From NCBI GenBank assembly GCA_035487275.1, contig DATHMG010000035.1, forward strand, positions 72,128-136,127: a DNA stretch of 64,000 nucleotides. Direction: 5' to 3'. The position numbers and the translations under genes were made by a program. Below the pieces are notes generated by a model. That model did no database searches, was not told the DNA's origin, and saw nothing but the letters and a program-made list of their open reading frames with translations. The DNA comes from Candidatus Acidiferrum sp. GTDB lineage: Bacteria > Acidobacteriota > Terriglobia > Acidiferrales > UBA7541. Shown here one piece after another: positions 9,592 to 17,612 of the stretch (the stretch's first letter is position 1; every line of letters starts with the position of its first letter).

Positions 9592-11001
9592 ATGACTGAA
9601 CGTAAAGATGACCGGCTGTGGGGCGGGCGCTTTGAATGCGCGCCGAATGCGGGCTTTGAAGCTTTTCAAGGGTCGTTTGCGTTTGATCGACGTTTGTTGC
9701 CTTACGAATTGGCGGTTGATCGCGCCTGGGCAAAGGCACTCCAGGGCGTGGGAATACTAAACGCCGAGGAATTCCGGCAAACGCTCACCGCGATCGACCG
9801 CATTGCGGAGCGTGCACAGAAAGACAAGGCCTTCCTGAATTCGTCGGATGCCGAAGATGTGCACCACTTTGTTGAGAAAGCGCTGGTCGCAGAGTTAGGC
9901 GCACTGGGATGGAAATTACATACGGGGCGCAGTCGAAATGAACTGGTAGCCACGGATTTTCGGCTGTTCGTTAAAGAAGCGGCAGCGCAAATCAAGACGG
10001 CGATCGCGGAGCTGGCCAGCGCATTTGTAACAGGGGCCAAAGCAAATTTGCATCTGCCCATGGCTGGCATGACGCACATGCAGCACGCGCAGCCCATTTT
10101 GCTTTCGCATTTTTTGTTGGCACATGCGGAAGCGTTCCTTCGAGATATCCCGCGCCTGGAAAGCGCGGCTACCAGTGCCGACGCTTGCCCGATGGGCTCG
10201 GGCGCGTTGGCGGGCTGTTCGTTTCCGATTGACCGCGAAGCGATCGCACGCGAGCTGGGTTTTTCGAACATCACGGCGAACAGTTTGGATGCCGTCAGCG
10301 ACCGCGACTTTGCTCTGGATTATCTTTTCGCGCTAGCGGGCATTTCCACGCATCTGTCGCGGCTGTCTGAAGATTTCGTATTGTTTGCGTCCCAAGAATT
10401 TGGTTATGTCGTGCTGCCCGATGAATTTTCGACGGGCAGCAGTTTGATGCCGCAGAAAAAAAACCCCGACGCCTGGGAGCTGATACGTGGGAAGACCGGG
10501 CGCATCACCGGCGCACTGGTGGCGCTGCTGACAACGCTGAAAGGTCTGCCAAGCGGTTATCAGCGTGATCTTCAGGAAGACAAGGAAGCGCTTTTCGCGG
10601 CTCATGACCAGGTCGTGGCGATGCTGGCGGTGGCGACGGGGGCTCTGAGCGCCACGAAGTTTTGCGAGGACAGATTGAATTGTGCCGCGTCTAACAGCGC
10701 ATTACTGGCTACGGAAGCTGCGGATTACCTGGTGCGGCGGAGCATCCCTTTTCGGCAGGCACACGATATTGTCGGCAAATTGCTGAGCCAGGCAGAACGC
10801 CAAAATAAAAAATGGACGCAGCTTTCGCTGTTGGAGCTAAAGAAGCTGTCGCCGGTTTTCGAGGATGATTTTGTCCGTGGATTGAACTTGGAATCCGCTT
10901 TGGCTGCCAAATCAGTGCCTGGCGGCACGGCGCGCGAATTCGTTCGGGCAGCATGTGAAGAATTAGAAAAAAAAATAACTAAACTGGGAGCGAAATCATG
11001 A
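9592..11001 (+). CDS. argH: Argininosuccinate lyase
   Basis: LWGGRF, HTGRSRNE, THMQHAQP and GSSLMPQKKNPD; start at 9592 or 9556. Confidence 0.97.
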   Translation: MTERKDDRLWGGRFECAPNAGFEAFQGSFAFDRRLLPYELAVDRAWAKALQGVGILNAEEFRQTLTAIDRIAERAQKDKAFLNSSDAEDVHHFVEKALVAELGALGWKLHTGRSRNELVATDFRLFVKEAAAQIKTAIAELASAFVTGAKANLHLPMAGMTHMQHAQPILLSHFLLAHAEAFLRDIPRLESAATSADACPMGSGALAGCSFPIDREAIARELGFSNITANSLDAVSDRDFALDYLFALAGISTHLSRLSEDFVLFASQEFGYVVLPDEFSTGSSLMPQKKNPDAWELIRGKTGRITGALVALLTTLKGLPSGYQRDLQEDKEALFAAHDQVVAMLAVATGALSATKFCEDRLNCAASNSALLATEAADYLVRRSIPFRQAHDIVGKLLSQAERQNKKWTQLSLLELKKLSPVFEDDFVRGLNLESALAAKSVPGGTAREFVRAACEELEKKITKLGAKS

Positions 11002-11097
11002 CAGCAACAGCCAGCGGCATCCAACAAACATCTGCCTTTGTAGTGGAGGATCGGAGGCCTCTTCCGAGAGCCTCGAGCTCACGCAACTGACGTACCC

Positions 11098-12315
11098 GTG
11101 ATGAAACACGCGCTTTCCGAAGCCGCATTGCCGCACGGTTTTCGTTTCTCGGCCACCGCATGCGGCTTGAAAAAAACCGGCGCGCTAGACCTTGGGCTAC
11201 TGTGTAGCGATGAAAGCGCTTCTGCTGCGGCGGTTTTCACGCAAAACCTGGTGGTTGCCGCGCCGGTTCTTATTTCCAAAGAAAATCTACGTAACTCAAG
11301 GGGCCGCATGCGCGGCGTCGTGGTGAACGCCGGCAATGCCAACTGCGCGACCGGCACGGCCGGCCACACGGCTGCACAACGCACAATCGCCGAAGCGGCT
11401 AAGCGCCTGGGCTGCCAACCGGAAGAACTTTTTGTTTGCTCCACCGGCGTCATTGGTGTGCCGCTGCCCTTAGAAAAAATATTGCGTGCACTACCGGTGA
11501 TTGCGCGCCACCGGCGTCCCTCAGCGCGTTCCTTTGCCGAACTATCGCTGGCGATTTGTACCACCGATACGCGCCCAAAAACGGCGGCATCTTCTTTTAA
11601 AATGTCCGGGAAGAGAATCCATTTCGTCGGTTGCGCGAAGGGCGCGGGGATGATTCATCCCAACATGGCTACCATGCTGGCTTTCGTAATCACGGATGCC
11701 GCTATCGCGCCCGGGCTGTTGCAGAAAACGTTGCGCGATGTTACCTCGCGAACCTTCAACGCAATTTCTGTCGATGGAGATACTTCCACCAACGACACGC
11801 TGTTGGTGTTAGCCAACGGCGCCGCCGGGGCTCCGAGCATTAAATCCGGGTCGGCGGCTCATCGAGCTTTCACCGGGGCTCTCGAGGATGTGTGCCGTTC
11901 GCTGGCTCTGCAAATTGTTGCCGATGGGGAAGGCGCGCAACGTGTCATTGAAATCGAAGTTCGTGGCGCCAAAAGTGAGGGCGCGGCGCGACGCCTCGCG
12001 GAAACCATTGCTACTTCGCCACTAGTGAAGACGGCCTTTGCCGGTGGCGATCCGAATTGGGGCCGTATTTTTGCGGCCGCCGGGCGCTCGGGAGTTAGGT
12101 TTGACCCTGCGCTCGTAGACATTCAAATGGCGGGTATTCCAGTTTTACGTCGCGGCCAACCCCTGGATTTTAACGAGCGCGCCGCTAGTAACCGGCTGCT
12201 CGCTAAACACGTCCCAATCGTTGTGAACATGCGGGCCGGCAGTGCGGTTGCGCGCTATTGGACATGCGATTTCACCGCGGAATATGTGCGTATTAATGCC
12301 AGCTACCGCACGTGA
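11098..12315 (+). CDS. argJ: Ornithine acetyltransferase / N-acetylglutamate synthase
   Basis: NAGNANCATG, STGVIG, TTDT, KGAGMIHPNMATML autocleavage site, DGDTSTND and DPNWGR. Confidence 0.97.
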   Translation: MMKHALSEAALPHGFRFSATACGLKKTGALDLGLLCSDESASAAAVFTQNLVVAAPVLISKENLRNSRGRMRGVVVNAGNANCATGTAGHTAAQRTIAEAAKRLGCQPEELFVCSTGVIGVPLPLEKILRALPVIARHRRPSARSFAELSLAICTTDTRPKTAASSFKMSGKRIHFVGCAKGAGMIHPNMATMLAFVITDAAIAPGLLQKTLRDVTSRTFNAISVDGDTSTNDTLLVLANGAAGAPSIKSGSAAHRAFTGALEDVCRSLALQIVADGEGAQRVIEIEVRGAKSEGAARRLAETIATSPLVKTAFAGGDPNWGRIFAAAGRSGVRFDPALVDIQMAGIPVLRRGQPLDFNERAASNRLLAKHVPIVVNMRAGSAVARYWTCDFTAEYVRINASYRT

Positions 12316-12548
12316 TGGGCTTTGAGGTTCGCGCTCAAGTTCTATTTTTGCGCCGCCGATGAGGAACCAGATCGCGACGACAAAATCATTCCGGTTGCAA
12401 AACTGGGAAATTTTCGAGAGGATTCCTCTGACCGCTGAAGTCACAGTCTGCGTCCGCGGTGGCCCGGTCTTACGACTGCCCTGCTACAGATGTTTCCTCA
12501 GTGCGCTCCGCGACTCGCAGTGGGGTTCCGGAAAGAAGGAGTGCGCAG

Positions 12549-12956
12549 GTGAAGAAGCTCTATATCGGTAACCTTCCGTTTTCGGCTACAGAAGATCAAC
12601 TCAACGAGTGGTTCTCTCAAGTCGGTGTGACCCCCTCTGGCGTTAATCTGATTCGTGACCGGTTCACCGGGCAATCGCGCGGGTTCGCGTTCGTGGAAGT
12701 GAATAATGACGAAGATGCTGACCGCGCCGTAAATTCCCTCAATGGCCAGAACTTTGGCGGGCGCAACCTGGTAGTGAACGAAGCACGGCCCCAAGCTGAA
12801 CGTGGAAGCGGCGGTGGTGGTGGACGGCCCGGCGGGGGCGGAGGCGGGTATGGCGGCGGCCGGGGCGGCCACGGAGGCGGCGGTGGTGGGCGCGGTGGCG
12901 GTGGCGGCCGCGGTGACCGTGGCGGTGATCGCGGTGACCGTGGCAACCGCTGGTAA
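12549..12956 (+). CDS. RRM RNA-binding protein with Gly/Arg-rich tail
   Basis: RNP2 KLYIGNL, RNP1 RGFAFVE and VNEARP; GTG start at 12549 after AAGGAG. Confidence 0.95.
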   Translation: MKKLYIGNLPFSATEDQLNEWFSQVGVTPSGVNLIRDRFTGQSRGFAFVEVNNDEDADRAVNSLNGQNFGGRNLVVNEARPQAERGSGGGGGRPGGGGGGYGGGRGGHGGGGGGRGGGGGRGDRGGDRGDRGNRW

Positions 12957-13467
12957 GTAGACTTCGTTTAGATCCTGAACTTTTTTATGTGCTACAACAT
13001 CGCAAAGCACTTCCTACCCGAGTTATTAAATATCTGTGCCTCGAACTACCTCATTTAATTAAGTCACTCATCAAAAATTGCGGCGCCCAGCCGACGATCA
13101 ATTTCTAAGTTGCCTCCGCCATTGCTCTCGACAGGCCGCAACAAACCTTGTAGAACCAGTTTTCCCTCGTTTGATTTCTCGCATACAGTGGCTTCTGTCA
13201 GTTCCTACAGGGTCTTGCTGATCGACTGCCAGCGGAACAAATCGAGTAATGACGTGTTTGAAACAATGAGGAAAGAAACTACGTTGCATGGCGAGAAAGT
13301 GAAGTATATCAGTAGCTCGCGTTTGTTTAGGGCGCCCCTGTTGACAAGGATTTTACACAGGGGGAGGAACCCAAAATGCGACAGATGCATCCAACGGTTT
13401 AAGCAGGACGTATCTAACAAGAGTGGTAGCGAGGTTGAGGAACGATAGTAACGGGCCACGAAAGCAA

Positions 13468-13743
13468 ATGACCACATGGCACAAACGCGATTGGAAACAA
13501 TTTTACGAGCTGGCGCGCCGGCCCTGGCAGCGTCATCGTCCGCCTCGGCCTATCTACCCCACCGGCATAAATCGTGTTCTACCGGCAGCGGGATTCAGCC
13601 TGTCTGAACTGGACGATGCAGGTCTGGATCTGGACCTGGCGGAAAGCCTGGGCCTTCCTGTGGACGTCGGGCGCATTGGCGCGTACGGTCCTAACGTTAC
13701 GACGTTGCGAGATTTCGTGCGCTCCTCCCGCCAACCCCTCTAA
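13468..13743 (+). CDS. Small protein resembling ribosomal protein eL13 (L13e)
   Basis: PRPIYPT...GFSLSELDDAG...AESLGLPVD..R.....NVTTLRDF matches the eL13 core pattern GFSLxELxxAG-x5-AxxxGxxVDxxR...NVxxL; start could be 13423 or 13435. Confidence 0.65.
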   Translation: MTTWHKRDWKQFYELARRPWQRHRPPRPIYPTGINRVLPAAGFSLSELDDAGLDLDLAESLGLPVDVGRIGAYGPNVTTLRDFVRSSRQPL

Positions 13744-13809
13744 TTAAGCTTTGGCGGCTTTTTTGGCGCTTTCGCGCCTCCGTGTGTAAAATAGCCTTGA
13801 ACCCATCCA

Positions 13810-14733
13810 ATGGCTGCACCCTTTAACATCCTTTCCAACGCGGCTATGCCGCTACCGATAGCTCCGACGGCTCACGCGCGCCCTGAATGGCTGCGCGTTA
13901 AGTTTTTTGGCGGCGAACGCTACCAGAACTTAAAGCGCATCATGCGTACGCTGGATTTGCATACCGTATGCGAAAGCGCGCGCTGCCCTAACATGGGCGA
14001 ATGCTGGGAACATGGCACAGCGACATTCATGATCCTGGGAGATATCTGCACGCGCGCCTGCGGGTTCTGTGCGGTGCCGTCGGGTAAGCCCGCGGGACCA
14101 CCGGATGAGAACGAACCTCTGCGCGTCGCGGAAGCGGTCGCAAAAATGGGCTTGCGGTATGCCGTGGTCACTTCCGTGAACCGTGACGACCAGCCTGATG
14201 GGGGCGCTCAAATTTTTGCCCGCACCATCGAAGAAATTCGTCGCCGGGTACCGGGCTGCAAAGTGGAAGTACTGATTCCGGATTTTCGCGGTAACTGGGA
14301 TGCTCTGAATGTAGTTCTGGCGACGCGCCCGGATGTGCTGAATCACAATACGGAAACGGTTCCGCGGTTGTATCGGCAGGTTCGGAAGGGGGCGCTTTAC
14401 GAACGCTCGCTGGAATTGTTGCGACGCGCGAAAACGGCGCACCCGGAAGTTCCTACCAAAACTGGATTAATGCTGGGCTTGGGCGAGGAAAAAGACGAAG
14501 TACTCGCCACCATGCAGGATTTGGCCGCTCAGGGCACGAACATATTGACGCTGGGACAATATTTACAGCCTACCCGCGAACATCTTCCGGTGGCGCGCTA
14601 CGTGCATCCCGATGAATTTATAGAATTTAAAGTGCGTGGTGAGGCGATGGGTTTCAAGCATGTTGAGGCCGGGCCATTGGTAAGGTCTTCATATCACGCC
14701 TTCGAACAAACTGAATCCGCGCATAAAATCTAG
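13810..14733 (+). CDS. lipA: Lipoyl synthase
   Basis: CX4CX5C ([12 protein letters not shown]), radical [11 protein letters not shown] and C-terminal RSSY. Confidence 0.97.
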   Translation: MAAPFNILSNAAMPLPIAPTAHARPEWLRVKFFGGERYQNLKRIMRTLDLHTVCESARCPNMGECWEHGTATFMILGDICTRACGFCAVPSGKPAGPPDENEPLRVAEAVAKMGLRYAVVTSVNRDDQPDGGAQIFARTIEEIRRRVPGCKVEVLIPDFRGNWDALNVVLATRPDVLNHNTETVPRLYRQVRKGALYERSLELLRRAKTAHPEVPTKTGLMLGLGEEKDEVLATMQDLAAQGTNILTLGQYLQPTREHLPVARYVHPDEFIEFKVRGEAMGFKHVEAGPLVRSSYHAFEQTESAHKI

Positions 14734-14813
14734 GTAACAATCCCGACCCGTGCCGGGAGAAAAAACTACTCTCCTCCATTCTTTGAACCCAATCGGCATA
14801 GGGAGGCCTGCCC

Positions 14814-15163
14814 GTGGGAATGGAGGCCACCGGATATGCACGTTGGTTTGAGCGATTAATGGCGGAACTGGAATTTGAGCTATGGATTGGAGATCCGGCG
14901 GAGATTAAGTCCAAGCGAGTACGAAAGCAGAAGACCGACCGCTGGATGCCCAACCGCTTCTAAAGCTGCTGCCCGAAGATTCGCTTTCCTCGAGTGGGGG
15001 TACCGAGTCCGGAAAATCGCGACCTACGGCAACTGCTCTAGCATCGGCATCGATTGGTGCAGATGAGGACACGAATCATGAATCCGTTGCAGGCAGTGGC
15101 GATGAAGGAAGGAATACGACGCGGCGGCTCATGACCCATCCCGGCGTAGGTCCGCTGACGGCC
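14814..15163 (+). pseudogene. Degraded IS110-family transposase fragment
   Basis: Reads across frameshifts as VGMEATGYARWFERLMAELEFELWIGDPAEIKSKRVRKQKTDR / DAQPLLKLL / RFPRVGVPSPENRDLRQLL*HRHRLVQMRTRIMN / RLMTHPGVGPLTA, with two frameshifts, a stop codon and a large internal deletion. Confidence 0.85.
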
Positions 15164-15262
15164 ACGCTTCCTTCAGACCCCACCTCACGGTGAGGCCCTT
15201 GCGCTTTGCTACCCTCACCTCCAGGTTGGGACGGGACGTTCACCCGCTAGCTGCGCGGCATA
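15161..15262 (-). mobile_element. 5' fragment (domain I start) of a group II intron, probably class IIC
   Basis: Minus strand reads tgccgcgcagctagcgggtgaacgtcccg...agcgcaagggcctcaccgtgaggtggggtctgaaggaagcg, resembling the IIC 5' pattern CGGGTGAAAGTCCCG...CGCAAGGG...TCTGAAGGAAGC; it begins right after a terminator. Confidence 0.65.
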
Positions 15263-15290
15263 AAACAAAAACGCCCTCATTCGAGGGCGT
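15262..15290 (-). terminator. Intrinsic terminator of the 15318-15575 gene
   Basis: Stem acgccctc/gagggcgt with a 4-nt loop, followed on the minus strand by ttttgtttt. Confidence 0.85.
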
Positions 15291-15317
15291 CGTCCGAAAC
15301 TAATACAGCTATAAGAA

Positions 15318-15575
15318 TTAAGCGTGGCTAGCGGCCGCGGCTGCTGCGGCTTTCTTGGCGGCTTTTGCGGCGGTGGAGGCCTTGCGACGGCGCTTGGTCT
15401 TGGGAGGCGTTGCGGGCGCTTCACCGATCAACTCAGCGGTCATGATGCTGGTGACAAATAGCTTAGGGCCATGATCGTCGAAGTCGACCGAGGTGCGGTC
15501 CATATCCGAAGCGGTCACAATTCCCAGACCGTAAACGTCATGCTTAATGGTTTGACCTTCCTGCATCGCCTGCAC
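15318..15575 (-). CDS. Small Tudor/SH3-like domain protein with basic Lys/Ala tail
   Basis: AAGGAGG SD, own promoter and terminator; GQTIKHDVYGLGIV...SVDFDDHGPKLF resembles the PcrA/UvrD C-terminal domain pattern. Confidence 0.8.
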   Translation of the reverse strand: MQAMQEGQTIKHDVYGLGIVTASDMDRTSVDFDDHGPKLFVTSIMTAELIGEAPATPPKTKRRRKASTAAKAAKKAAAAAAASHA

Positions 15576-15685
15576 AGTTCCTCCTTGGGTTATGTCGTTC
15601 GAATGGCTCGGTTCGGATATCCACGCCTGAACCAGGTAGGCTAAAACCGTCGCCTCAAATGAGGGACGAACTCGATGACCCAGTT

Positions 15686-15714
15686 ATATTACTACAAAAG
15701 AACCTGATTGTCTA
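15686..15714 (-). promoter_or_regulatory. Putative sigma70 promoter for the Tudor-like gene
   Basis: Minus strand TAGACA-N17-TAATAT. Confidence 0.55.
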
Positions 15715-15812
15715 GCGCCCGGCGGAAGCTCAAACAACCAGCAGAATGCCATATGTTGCAGATTTATAATGACTTATATAGATCTCTAGCGGATGGCAAA
15801 CGAGGGAATCAG

Positions 15813-16217
15813 CTATTCGAGCGATTCCGGCTGGAGGTTCGCGTGGCCCTCGCCAGCAGCCTTTTTCTCCCAATACTTGCGGATCCACGCTTCCCAGCTT
15901 TTGCCGGCTGCGGTGTCCCGGCCAGTAAAAGCGAGCGCCGATATATCGGCATAACAGATCTTCAGGCGTTCATTTGAAGTTTTCGGAAGGAGCCGTACAA
16001 AACTAGTCGCGAGTGAAGGACCGGCCACGCGATCAAAAATATAGCCTTCAACTTTATTGCCGGTTTTTAGTGTCAGGGTAACATCGCCGCGATAGTCAAA
16101 AGCCTTTTCCAGAGCCACACGGATGTCGTCGTCATTGGCAAGTTCAGGCACCCAGCCTTCGATGCCTTCATGCACTGTGCCGGGAGCGACTTCTAATTTG
16201 TCTGGATTAATATCCAT
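15813..16217 (-). CDS. Hypothetical protein, possibly Sm-like fold
   Basis: 134-aa ATG ORF 57 bp downstream of hpnH; ALEKAFDYRGDVTLTLKTGNKVEGYIFD resembles an Sm1 motif. Confidence 0.75.
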   Translation of the reverse strand: MDINPDKLEVAPGTVHEGIEGWVPELANDDDIRVALEKAFDYRGDVTLTLKTGNKVEGYIFDRVAGPSLATSFVRLLPKTSNERLKICYADISALAFTGRDTAAGKSWEAWIRKYWEKKAAGEGHANLQPESLE

Positions 16218-16274
16218 GATCGTCGATCAGGTTGCTAAGTTAACTTTTTGCAAGTTTTCAGTTCGCCAAAGCAA

Positions 16275-17402
16275 CTAGACTCTGGTTTCTGTTAACTGAC
16301 CGTTGCCCGAATCGATCTGCACGAGCGGGTTGTACGCGTGTACTGGCTTACTTGGCTCGTTTAGAAGCGCGAGCGCGTCGGCGTCCTCATACTTCCCAGA
16401 CAGCGTAGCCTTTGCGGTGGCCCACAGGCCGCGCAGGCCGCTAAAGGTGTGATCGATGGCCGACGCTTCGTATCCGCTATGGACCATGCAGTTGGCGCAC
16501 TTGGGATTGCCAGACTCAGTGCCGTAATTCTGCCAGGCGGTGGCGTCCAGCAATTCCTGGAACGTGTCGGCGTACCCGTCCTGTAGAAGGTAACAAGGCT
16601 TTTGCCAGCCAAAAACGTTATAAGTTGGCATGCCCCATGGGGTGCATGCGTAAGTGCGCTTGCCCATCAGAAATTCCAAAAATAGCGGCGACTGATTGAA
16701 TTGCCAGCTGGATTTGCGGTTCGACAAAATCGCGCGGAACAACCGCCGAGTGCGCGCGCGGCCCAGGAAATGTCTTTGATCCGGGGCCTTTTCATAGGAG
16801 TATCCGGGCGAAAGCATCATGCCTTCTACACCTATTTCCATCATTTCGTCGAAAAACTCGCGCACGCTGTTAGGGTCGGCGCCGTCAAAGAGCGTGGTGT
16901 TTGTGGTGACGCGGAAACCTTGTTTTACGGCTTCCCGGACGCCTTCGATGGCCAGATCGTAACCACCTTCGCGGCAGACCGAGAAATCGTGATGCTCACG
17001 CTGGCCGTCTACATGGACTGAAAAAGTCAGGTATTTGCTGGGCTTGAACAGGTGCAGCTTTTCCTTCAGCAACAGTGCGTTAGTGCAAAGATAAATATAT
17101 TTCCTGCGCGCTACCAGGCCCTCGACGATTTTGTCGATTTGCGAGTGCATCAGCGGCTCGCCGCCAGGTATGGAAACCATTGGGGTGCCGCACTCGTCCA
17201 CGGCCTTGAAACATTCTTCGGGCGTCAATTCCTTCTTCAAAATATGCGCTGGATATTGGATCTTCCCGCAACCCGCGCATGCTAGATTGCAGCGGAAAAG
17301 CGGTTCCAGCATCAAGACGAAGGGATAGCGCTTACGTCCCTGGATTTTCTGCTTCAAGACGTAGGAGGCTACCGTCCACATCTGAGAAATAGGTACTGGC
17401 AT
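16275..17402 (-). CDS. hpnH: Adenosyl-hopene transferase, hopanoid radical SAM enzyme
   Basis: LMLEPLFRCNLACAGCGKI, IPGGEPL, CTPWGMPT, GWQKPCYL and CANCMVHSGYE. Confidence 0.95.
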   Translation of the reverse strand: MPVPISQMWTVASYVLKQKIQGRKRYPFVLMLEPLFRCNLACAGCGKIQYPAHILKKELTPEECFKAVDECGTPMVSIPGGEPLMHSQIDKIVEGLVARRKYIYLCTNALLLKEKLHLFKPSKYLTFSVHVDGQREHHDFSVCREGGYDLAIEGVREAVKQGFRVTTNTTLFDGADPNSVREFFDEMMEIGVEGMMLSPGYSYEKAPDQRHFLGRARTRRLFRAILSNRKSSWQFNQSPLFLEFLMGKRTYACTPWGMPTYNVFGWQKPCYLLQDGYADTFQELLDATAWQNYGTESGNPKCANCMVHSGYEASAIDHTFSGLRGLWATAKATLSGKYEDADALALLNEPSKPVHAYNPLVQIDSGNGQLTETRV

Positions 17403-17612
17403 TGTTGTGCTTACACCTTAACTTCAGTAATGAATTCTTTGCCGCCGGTACTGGTAATGACTAGTTCTTACGCAAGATCGTCCTCTTCTATTGTACCTGA
17501 GATGCCGCTATTTCCGTTCAGGAGCTTTCCTGACCAGGAACCAATTATTTAGGCGCTGAGCACCAGCCCGGCAGCCAATTTTAATCTATGGCAAAATGAA
17601 GATTGAACAGTT

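Noticed and set aside
3968-12315. Possible LysW-carrier or acetylornithine transcarbamylase variant pathway
   Set aside because: No LysW or RimK-like gene, argJ is present and ArgF keeps the SMG motif, so this is the ordinary cyclic acetyl pathway
12805-12950. GGC/GGT-rich repeats and Pro-rich antisense ORFs (12498-13010, 12617-12946)
   Set aside because: Explained by the Gly/Arg-rich tail of the RRM protein; not a separate repeat or gene
13110-13477. ORFs 13110-13448 (+) and 13205-13477 (-)
   Set aside because: No recognisable motifs or good SD, mutually overlapping, in AT-richer intergenic sequence; likely spurious
14734-14813. Possible IS110 end or bridge RNA sequence upstream of the relic
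   Set aside because: The transposase N-terminus is deleted and I could not identify element ends or the RNA structure by eye
14875-15066. 63-aa ORF in the track
   Set aside because: Out-of-frame reading of the IS110 pseudogene
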